Below, one piece after another: positions 1-7,126 of a stretch of 64,000 nt of DNA. The stretch spans positions 6,520 to 70,519 of the forward strand of contig JAFSUM010000033.1 of the NCBI GenBank assembly GCA_017445245.1, read 5' to 3'. The position numbers and the translations under genes were made by a program. Positions within the stretch are counted from its first letter, which is position 1, and every line of letters starts with the position of its first letter. The DNA comes from Bacilli bacterium (lineage in GTDB: Bacteria; Bacillota_I; Bacilli_A; RFN20; CAG-826). The notes beneath the pieces were generated by a model. That model did no database searches and was not told where the DNA came from. It worked only from the letters and a program-made list of their open reading frames with translations.

Positions 1-483
1 GTTAATTAATTCACTAAGCAAATCAGGCACTTCGTTATATTCAGGTGGGATATATGCAGGAGTTCCATCGTCGTTCCAAACAGCAAATAAAACTCCAGGG
101 GGCATCGTTCCTCTTAAACCAATCTTTTCTTTTGGCTCGCCATCGCATATTTGCTTTTGGGCTTCTAATATAAGTTTTAATGAAACAGGCTCTTTGTTTT
201 CTAATTTCTTTTCAAGAAGTTCTAACGCTAAATAATAGTTTCTTATTTCTTGTTCCGGCTTAAGAAAATGTCTATTCTTCGATTCAATAGCGGCGTCAGC
301 TTGCTCATATGTCAAAGGATTGCCTTCAATACGATTAGAGGCATATGAAGACCTCTTTTTAGTGTTCTTTCTAAACTTGTTGGATAAATTAACTGGCAGC
401 TTTACTAGATTTAAAGCTTCTTTATTTTTTTCAATTTCTAAAATCTTATTCAATATATCGTTGTTTAATGTTGTTTTAATCAT
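1..483 (-). CDS. Fic/DOC family protein, N-terminal 161 codons (partial, continues past window start)
   Basis: My own minus-strand translation from the ATG at 483 gives MIKTTLNNDILNKILEIEKNKEALNLVKLPVNLSNKFRKNTKKRSSYASNRIEGNPLTYEQADAAIE... and stays open to position 1. SNRIEG matches the Fic N-terminal/inhibitory-helix motif [ST]xxxE[GN]. A GAGG Shine-Dalgarno lies upstream. It is missing from the ORF track because it is truncated at the edge. The Fic core motif would lie outside the window. Confidence 0.55.
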   Translation of the reverse strand, partial: MIKTTLNNDILNKILEIEKNKEALNLVKLPVNLSNKFRKNTKKRSSYASNRIEGNPLTYEQADAAIESKNRHFLKPEQEIRNYYLALELLEKKLENKEPVSLKLILEAQKQICDGEPKEKIGLRGTMPPGVLFAVWNDDGTPAYIPPEYNEVPDLLSELIN

Positions 484-516
484 TATTAACCTCGCATATA
501 TAATAAATCAAAATTT

Positions 517-549
517 CACTATTTTTTCACTATTTTTTCACTATTTTTA
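517..549. repeat. Three tandem 11-bp repeats CACTATTTTTT (phased T/A tracts) upstream of the Fic gene
   Basis: Direct reading gives cactatttttt cactatttttt cactattttta. The 11-bp period is about one helical turn. The repeats lie in the Fic promoter region. Confidence 0.8.
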
Positions 550-660
550 ACTTAAAAAGCGGTATCAGACAATAAGTTCTACCGAAAGTAGAGAAAAAAT
601 GACGCGGATAATTTGCGTATAGACCTCTTTGCAAGGATGATTAAGGCGAAAGGAGCGACA

Positions 661-2853
661 ATGGAAAAGCAATACGAAATCGGCAATCTGATCACCGAGC
701 TCCGAAAAGAGAAGAAGCTGACCCAATCCAAACTTGCCGAAGCCCTGGGTGTCACGGACAAATCGGTCTCCAAATGGGAGAACGGGAAAAGCCTGCCTGA
801 CACGAAAATCATGCCGCGGCTTTGCGAAATCTTGGGGATCTCGCTCGAAGAGCTGCTTAACGGCAAGCTCAACCCTATCACGGAATCGCCCGTGCTGGAC
901 GATCTCCAGCGCCTTGAGCACGTCTATAAGTACTATTCCGACGAACATCGCGTGAACGTCGGCATCTCCGACATCAACCTAGCACTTAACCTCGGCGAAC
1001 GCGTCGCGATAACGGGTCCGTCCGGGTCCGGGAAGACGACGCTTCTTAAAATGATTGGTGGAATCGACCGCTTCGAGCGCGGCGAGATCTTCATCCGCAA
1101 AGAGGGTATTTCTCGCTTTGATGAGGAGGATTATGAGCTCTACCGCAAGGATTTCATCGCCTACATATTTCAGGAATACGGCGTCTTCGAAAACTATTCC
1201 CTGCTCGATAATCTCATCTTGGTTCGCCTCCTCATGGGCGATGCGTACAAAGAGGCCAAAGCCAAGGCGTTAGCCATGCTCGAAAAGGTTGGATTTGCGA
1301 AATTCGCCGGCAAAAAGGCCTCCAAATTATCCGGTGGACAAAAGCAAAAGCTTGCCGTTGCCCGCGCCCTGCTCAAGGATTCGCCAATCATCCTCGGGGA
1401 TGAGATTACCTCCTCGCTCGACAAGAAAAGCGCGAAGGAGGTGCTGCGTCTGCTCTTCGCTAACGCCAGCGGGAAACTCGTCGTCTTGGTCACGCACCAC
1501 TATGAAGAGGTCGAGGAGTTCTGCACGCGCAAGATCACCATGGCCGATGGAGGAATCGTGAAGGACGAGGTTCTGGAAATCGTCCCAAAGCAAGACCCTC
1601 GCGCGATTAGGCAACCCTCCAGAAAGCTTAATCCGCTACGCGCCCTAGGGATTTTGTTCCGAAATCGCGTGGGCTTAGGGCTCGCCCTCCTTTCCCTTTG
1701 CTTGATCCCGTCGGCCGCGATCGTCGGCGGCAACTACGGCCTGGACTACGCATACCAAACCACGTTGAAGGAGCCCACTACGCACCTTTTGAACGAAGAC
1801 GAGCTTTACGTCCGCAAGAAAGACGGCTTCGCTAACGGAGAGCTTTTAGAAATCGCCTCGAGATTCGAAGGGACGTGTTTTGCCCAAACCCATGCGAAAA
1901 CAGGCTTTTCCTATGTCGCCGATCCAAGCGTGCCCAAAGGAATCCGTTACACCCGCGCCCTCGATTCGGTCTTCGGGTTCAGCGTTCCAACTTCCCTCGC
2001 CGTTACCTTTGCCGAGAAACGCCTATCAGGGGAAAACGACGCCTATCCAGAACGTATATCAGTCGAGGATTATCTTGCCATTTTGCCCGCGTTGAATTAC
2101 TTCGGCAAAAAAGACAACAAGCCCATGCCGCCCCTGAAGCTGAAATACCGGCTGGGGGAGGAGGAGTTTGCGACCAACGTCGCCTGCGTAAATTTGCTGC
2201 CTGCGGACGAAACGCCGAAAATCCATGTTCGCCCAGGCCGTCTTCCCGACGGGGCAGAGCCGCTTTCGATTTCCTTTGCAGACGGAACGGAAGCCAGCGA
2301 TTTTGCTTTGGACGCAAGCCAGGACGGTTTGACCGCGATGTACGTGGGGTTCCCTCGCACGTATTTTTCCCACTTCGTTGGGGACGTAACGGAAATAAAC
2401 CTTCTATGCCCCACGGGAAAGAAGGCGGAGATGAAAAGGTCGTTGGCTAGCGACGGCTATGTCGTTATCTCCGCCGAGGACGAACTCGGCGGCATCAAGG
2501 GCAACGACGTTGCCTTCACAAACGAGGCGCTCTTCTCCCTTTTTTCGGTTTTGATCACGATCGCCCTTATTCCGCTAGCGCGGCGCTTCTCCTCCCTCAC
2601 GCTTCGGGGACAAAAGCACGAAGTGTATCTCTGGCGGCGGATCGGCTTTTCTAGCGAGGACGTGGAGGCGTCTTTCCTCGCGCTGCAGATGGTGCCGATG
2701 GCGGTGCTTGATGCCCTTTGCCTAGCCGGGGTTTGGTTCCTAGGCCTGGCTAGCCCGGCTTTGTTGACCCTTTCCCTGATCGAAATGGGGCTCCTAACCT
2801 ATTTCCTTTGGGTTGGAGACATCAAAGCCATGAGAAAGACGATGGAGGCGTAA
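661..2853 (+). CDS. XRE-HTH / ABC ATPase / FtsX-type permease triple fusion (MacB-like)
   Basis: GAAAGGAG Shine-Dalgarno 5 nt before the ATG at 661. The N-terminus LITELRKEKKLTQSKLAEALGVTDKSVSKWENGKSLP is XRE/HTH_3-like. ATPase motifs: Walker A GPSGSGKTT, signature LSGGQKQK, Walker B IILGDE, H-loop VTHH. These are followed by TM1, a roughly 300-aa extracytoplasmic domain and a C-terminal FtsX-like TM bundle (RGQKHEVYLWRRIGFS...). Confidence 0.75.
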   Translation: MEKQYEIGNLITELRKEKKLTQSKLAEALGVTDKSVSKWENGKSLPDTKIMPRLCEILGISLEELLNGKLNPITESPVLDDLQRLEHVYKYYSDEHRVNVGISDINLALNLGERVAITGPSGSGKTTLLKMIGGIDRFERGEIFIRKEGISRFDEEDYELYRKDFIAYIFQEYGVFENYSLLDNLILVRLLMGDAYKEAKAKALAMLEKVGFAKFAGKKASKLSGGQKQKLAVARALLKDSPIILGDEITSSLDKKSAKEVLRLLFANASGKLVVLVTHHYEEVEEFCTRKITMADGGIVKDEVLEIVPKQDPRAIRQPSRKLNPLRALGILFRNRVGLGLALLSLCLIPSAAIVGGNYGLDYAYQTTLKEPTTHLLNEDELYVRKKDGFANGELLEIASRFEGTCFAQTHAKTGFSYVADPSVPKGIRYTRALDSVFGFSVPTSLAVTFAEKRLSGENDAYPERISVEDYLAILPALNYFGKKDNKPMPPLKLKYRLGEEEFATNVACVNLLPADETPKIHVRPGRLPDGAEPLSISFADGTEASDFALDASQDGLTAMYVGFPRTYFSHFVGDVTEINLLCPTGKKAEMKRSLASDGYVVISAEDELGGIKGNDVAFTNEALFSLFSVLITIALIPLARRFSSLTLRGQKHEVYLWRRIGFSSEDVEASFLALQMVPMAVLDALCLAGVWFLGLASPALLTLSLIEMGLLTYFLWVGDIKAMRKTMEA

Positions 2854-2855
2854 CA

Positions 2856-4880
2856 ATGATCGAGCTAAGAAATGTAACCAAAATCTACGATGCCGGCGGC
2901 ATAGGCGAAACGGTTGGCGTTATAGACATCAATCTCAATATTGGCAATGCTGGCCTGGTGTCTTTCTTCGGCCCTTCCGGCTGCGGCAAGACCACGTTAC
3001 TTAACCTCATCGGCGGGCTAGACAAGCCTACGCGAGGGGAGGTGCTCATCGATGGCGAGACAGTCAATGACGCCTACCGACTAAACCACATCGGCTGTAT
3101 CTTCCAGGATTTCGTGCTCATGGAGTCCCTCACGGTCGCGGAAAACGTCCGCCTGCTTGATCGCTCCATCACCGACGCATCGATCAACGAAGTCCTTTCG
3201 AGCTTGGGAATAATGGGACTTAGGGACCGCAAGGCGGCGAAACTTTCCGGGGGCGAAAAACAACGCGTCTGCATCGCCCGCGCTCTCGTTGGCAAACCCG
3301 CTTTCCTCATCGCCGACGAGCCTACGGGCAACCTCGACGCAAGCAATCGCATCGGCATCATGCGTATCCTGAAGTCGATATCCAAGCACACCCTTGTCTT
3401 GCTGGTCTCCCACGAGAAGGACCTCGTCGAAGAATACAGCGACCGCATCATCAAATTGGAAGACGGGCGCGTCATCAGCGATTCCGTGGAGTCCCAAGCG
3501 GAAAACGATGCCTTCCCAAAGAGTCCGGGGCGAGAAACCGTTGTCCCCTTAAGGAAGACGAAGCGGAAAAGAGCCCGCGTTTTATCGGGCTTCCTTGCAA
3601 GCATCGCCATGGTGGCGTCTTGCTTTGCCGTGGGCTTGGCCTCTGGCAAGGCCGAGGCGTCCGACAACCTTCCTCAAAACGTTTACCACATGAGCGGCCC
3701 GCTCAAGGTCGAAGACCGCGTCGCACTTGCCCCGTTTGCTTACTTCAGGAATAGTCTAGAAACCCTTGGCCTAATCCTTGGCGATTCGCAAATCTCGCAG
3801 CATGAATTCTATGGAAGCGTTACCCTGCTCCCATTCGATTTCTATGACGGCAACGCTGACTGGCCATATGAGGAGGACGACGTCGTGATTACCCTAGGCG
3901 CCGCGCAAAGCCTGATTCAGAACTCCTATTCCTTGAACGGAACCTCCTATCGCAACTTAACACTCGGACAATATGGCGTGACATCGCCGGAGGATCTTGT
4001 CGGGATGCGGTTTAGAAACGGCTATTCGATCCGGAAAATAATCCCCGGAAGCGAAAACGTGGGATATGTTAATCCCCGCTCGTTCTATCGGGAAAACGCC
4101 TGGGTTAATTTGGGCACGGTCGACGAGCCGATTCATCTTTCCTTCACCTGTTATTCTTCTTTGGTTTTCCGCCGTCTTACCGGCATCGACGTCGGGGATG
4201 CGCGGATTGTTGTTTCCTCCTCCCACCCCCTTTCTTCGCACGGAAGCGTCGACATTGGAGGACAGCATTACTCCATCAAAATCTCTGCCGCGTTGGATGG
4301 TTTTGACGAAGCGGTGGTGCCTGTGTACCTCTCCTCTTATCTTCGCGGAGAAAGCATCGCCTCGGCCTATGCGTGGGACAATGGCTCGTTCCGAAAGTTG
4401 ATTGGTTCCTATAAGAAAGCGAACGCGGTTTCTTACTACGACATTGTTTTGGGTAGGATCAACCAAACGAAGACCGTTATTGCCGCGGTCTCGGGGGCTG
4501 TTGGGCTCGCCTTGCTGGCGGCTACCATATATTTCCACGCAATCGATCTGAGCCTTTATTTCCGAGAGAACAAGGACGAGTATGTCGTCTATCGCTGCCT
4601 TGGCGTTTCGCGCTCGCGCTTATATCGAAGAAGCCTGGCGGGCGCCGTTTTGGGTGCGATACCTCCCATTGCCGTTGGCTCGGTGGCGGGCGTGTTGGTT
4701 GTCGCTTTCCTTTGTCGGAACGAACAGGCCGCCTTGTTCTTATCGCTCAACATTGGCACGTTTGCCATTGGCGTCATCGCTGCATTGATTCTGGTGCTTT
4801 TGCTGTGCGCGGTACTTTTGATAGGCAAATTCTTACCTAATGCGGCCGAGTTCAAAAGAATTAATGGTCAATCTCAGTAG
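2856..4880 (+). CDS. ABC ATPase / FtsX-type permease fusion (MacB-like)
   Basis: GGAGG Shine-Dalgarno before the ATG at 2856, 2 nt after the upstream stop. ATPase motifs: Walker A GPSGCGKTT, LSGGEKQR, FLIADEPTGNLD, VSHE. TM1, a large external domain and a C-terminal FtsX-like segment (DEYVVYRCLGVSRSRL...) follow. Confidence 0.8.
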   Translation: MIELRNVTKIYDAGGIGETVGVIDINLNIGNAGLVSFFGPSGCGKTTLLNLIGGLDKPTRGEVLIDGETVNDAYRLNHIGCIFQDFVLMESLTVAENVRLLDRSITDASINEVLSSLGIMGLRDRKAAKLSGGEKQRVCIARALVGKPAFLIADEPTGNLDASNRIGIMRILKSISKHTLVLLVSHEKDLVEEYSDRIIKLEDGRVISDSVESQAENDAFPKSPGRETVVPLRKTKRKRARVLSGFLASIAMVASCFAVGLASGKAEASDNLPQNVYHMSGPLKVEDRVALAPFAYFRNSLETLGLILGDSQISQHEFYGSVTLLPFDFYDGNADWPYEEDDVVITLGAAQSLIQNSYSLNGTSYRNLTLGQYGVTSPEDLVGMRFRNGYSIRKIIPGSENVGYVNPRSFYRENAWVNLGTVDEPIHLSFTCYSSLVFRRLTGIDVGDARIVVSSSHPLSSHGSVDIGGQHYSIKISAALDGFDEAVVPVYLSSYLRGESIASAYAWDNGSFRKLIGSYKKANAVSYYDIVLGRINQTKTVIAAVSGAVGLALLAATIYFHAIDLSLYFRENKDEYVVYRCLGVSRSRLYRRSLAGAVLGAIPPIAVGSVAGVLVVAFLCRNEQAALFLSLNIGTFAIGVIAALILVLLLCAVLLIGKFLPNAAEFKRINGQSQ

Positions 4881-4969
4881 AACGAGACACACGCAAGTCG
4901 TAAAAAGCAGTTAGGAAGACTCTTATGTCTATCTTGTCCGCAAGAATGAGCGATGCCGAATATAAAACC

Positions 4970-5185
4970 TCATAGGGTGATGCGGACATAGGTGTCGTCG
5001 GAATCGATTTCCACCAAAGGTCTGCCCTTCATTAGCTTCTTGGATTCCTTTGCCTTTTTCAGAAAAGGAATGAGCCAAGGGTAATCGTCCGCCACCGCCT
5101 TCCTCAGTATCCATAGAGTTGCGCGTGTGGGCAAATGGAGAGAAAGCCGGAAGCCGGATTCCTTATCCCTGACCTTAAGTTTCAT
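4970..5185 (-). CDS. Small protein (71 aa), paralog of the C-terminal domain of the upstream XRE regulator
   Basis: Its start overlaps the stop of the 5182..5694 gene (ATGA). It shares FRLSLHLP... and LVEIDSDDTYVRITL with LRIQIT..VNVNLP and LIDIQSDDATIKIF of that neighbour. Confidence 0.45.
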   Translation of the reverse strand: MKLKVRDKESGFRLSLHLPTRATLWILRKAVADDYPWLIPFLKKAKESKKLMKGRPLVEIDSDDTYVRITL

Positions 5186-5694
5186 GAAATCCTTTCGGCA
5201 AAGATCTTTATGGTCGCGTCATCCGACTGGATATCGATGAGGTTGCCGAGCACGCCCTTTTCCACCAACGCGACCAATTTGCGGAAGTCGATGTTCTTTA
5301 CTTGTGGATTGTTGCCCAAATCGATGCTCAAGTGGCCGTCTTTGTCCATGATGAGTTCCAAAAGCTGGAGAGGAAGGTTTACGTTGACCTTCGCGTGATC
5401 TTCGTCGGTCGTCGTGATCTGGATGCGAAGGAAGAGGTTAGATAGGTCGATAGGGCCATCTTGGGGCTCGGCGAAGACGACCTTTTCTTTTTCTCTGCCG
5501 AGGAGTTCGTCGACGCTGACGTCGAGCAGTTCCGCGAGGGGAAGGAGGAGATCGATGTCGGGCATCGAGTCGCCGTTTTCCCATTTGGATACCGCTTGCG
5601 GTGAGACGTGTAACTTATCCGCGATATCGGATTGGGTAAGGCCTTTTTCTTTGCGAAGGGCAGCAAGCTTCTTTGCGAATTTTTTATTGTCCAT
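5182..5694 (-). CDS. XRE-family HTH transcriptional regulator with an uncharacterised C-terminal domain
   Basis: AAGGAGG Shine-Dalgarno. The N-terminus reads FAKKLAALRKEKGLTQSDIADKLHVSPQAVSKWENGDSMP. Confidence 0.8.
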   Translation of the reverse strand: MDNKKFAKKLAALRKEKGLTQSDIADKLHVSPQAVSKWENGDSMPDIDLLLPLAELLDVSVDELLGREKEKVVFAEPQDGPIDLSNLFLRIQITTTDEDHAKVNVNLPLQLLELIMDKDGHLSIDLGNNPQVKNIDFRKLVALVEKGVLGNLIDIQSDDATIKIFAERIS

Positions 5695-6052
5695 GGTTCG
5701 GACCTCCTTGCCATCATCTTAACGGGACGAACTAAAAAGAATGATTGAGCAGGAGTTGCTTTTGCACAACCATTGGTTGAAAAATCCCGCAACCGCAGGT
5801 TTCGTGAATATCACGTTTCATCTTAGATGAAAAATAATAACGCAACTGGTCGGAATCGAATAACATCCGGTTTTTTTGGATGATCTTTTTTATCGGTAGA
5901 GATCTTTTCGTCCTCGATGTCTGGGGGCTGCCATTTTGGCAATCGTGATGTTGTGGGCGATCCGCACAAAGCGGGATGGACAAAAGCGACCAGGCGAATA
6001 GACTAGCTGATGACAGTTAACGAAACCCCAAACTGGTCGCAAAGGAACTAGC

Positions 6053-6937
6053 ATGATGGAAAAATTAAGACTAAGAAGAAGCGCCCGCAAGGATTCGGAA
6101 CGGATCGAAAAACTCGTCTACGAACACTATTACAAACTCGTGCCTATGCTGGACGGTTTTAAACCCGAAGAGGAAACGGTCTGTAAGAAAGTAGTGGACA
6201 AAGACGGCAACATCATCGCCGGCTGCACGGGCTACGTTTTCCCTTGGGGCTGCATGTACATCGATGACATGTGGGTCGACGAGAGGTATCGCCGGCAAGA
6301 ACTGGGCTCAAACGCCCTTCAAGCCGTCGAGAAGGTCGCCGAAGAAAAAGGTTGCCATCTCATTTGGCTAGGAACGTGGGATTTCCAGGCAAAACCCTAT
6401 TATTTGAAGCATGGTTACACTCTTTTTGCCGAGGTTAACGATTGTCCGAAAGGCCATACGGACAACCATTTGTTCAAACGTTTAGACCAAGAACGAACCA
6501 TAAGGCCGTGCAAGCCGATCGAGTATGAAATATTGGACGGGTCGGAAGATGATGCCGAATATATCTGCGACCAACTCGACGACGGCTACAACGCCCCGAT
6601 TCTCAAACCGAAGCATGGGTACATCAAAATCAACAGAAAGCTAGTCGACGAAGACGGCAAAGTCGTCGCCGCTATTATGGCGGGGGTAAACGAAATAGAC
6701 GTTGCGTGGATTTGGAAAATCTGGGTCGAGGAAGACTACCGTGGTCAGGGACTCGGATCGTTGCTGGTTAGGCATTTCGAGAAAAAGGCAAAGGAAAAAG
6801 GCGCGACCAAGATCATATCTGAAGATATTTATGACTGGAACGTTGGTTTCTTCCAAAAGGCCGGATATAAGGTCGCGGGCGAACTGAAGGATTTGCCCAA
6901 AGGCCATAGCTTCTTTATCGTCGGGAAAGACATTTAA
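6053..6937 (+). CDS. Tandem-GNAT N-acetyltransferase (two GNAT domains)
   Basis: There are two acetyl-CoA-binding-type motifs: VDERYRRQELGSNAL and VEEDYRGQGLGSLLV. Each is followed by ...GY.. C-terminal strands. An AAAGGAA Shine-Dalgarno is present. Confidence 0.8.
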   Translation: MMEKLRLRRSARKDSERIEKLVYEHYYKLVPMLDGFKPEEETVCKKVVDKDGNIIAGCTGYVFPWGCMYIDDMWVDERYRRQELGSNALQAVEKVAEEKGCHLIWLGTWDFQAKPYYLKHGYTLFAEVNDCPKGHTDNHLFKRLDQERTIRPCKPIEYEILDGSEDDAEYICDQLDDGYNAPILKPKHGYIKINRKLVDEDGKVVAAIMAGVNEIDVAWIWKIWVEEDYRGQGLGSLLVRHFEKKAKEKGATKIISEDIYDWNVGFFQKAGYKVAGELKDLPKGHSFFIVGKDI

Positions 6938-7126
6938 ACGGCGGCCATAAACGCTTCTGGTTTAGCGGATGGCAAAACTGTGTCAAAAAGCGATTGGCGT
7001 TTTTTCCGTATGACCTCGCACCTTCTTTTTGATGGTTGTTGTTAATTCCCGATGACGCCGATTTTTTTCTTTGAAAGCGGTGGGGGCATGGCATCATAAA
7101 GCAAAGATTTCCTTGGAGGAAAAACC

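Noticed and set aside
613-660. TTG start at 613 (ORF track) and ATG at 637 for the HTH-ABC gene.
   Set aside because: The ATG at 661 has a GAAAGGAG Shine-Dalgarno at ideal spacing. The HTH domain begins right after it. The upstream codons encode no recognisable sequence.
5695-5712. GGTTCGGACCTCC, which resembles a tRNA T-loop.
   Set aside because: It is the reverse complement of the Shine-Dalgarno (GGAGG) and spacer of the 5182..5694 gene. No acceptor or anticodon arms can be drawn around it. I recognised no tRNA or rRNA anywhere in the window.
5740-5890. A small 29-codon ORF (MIEQELLLHNHWLKNPATAGFVNITFHLR) and a weak hairpin plus T7 run at about 5860-5880, in the spacer between the XRE regulator and the GNAT gene.
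   Set aside because: There is no Shine-Dalgarno and no recognisable family. The stem is only 4 bp. The evidence is insufficient for a peptide or sRNA call.
7072-7085. cre-like sequence TGAAAGCGGTGGGG upstream of the amylase gene.
   Set aside because: Only the left half-site fits the consensus TGWAANCGNTNWCA. The right half (GGGG) does not. It is too weak to call, although amylase genes are classic cre targets.
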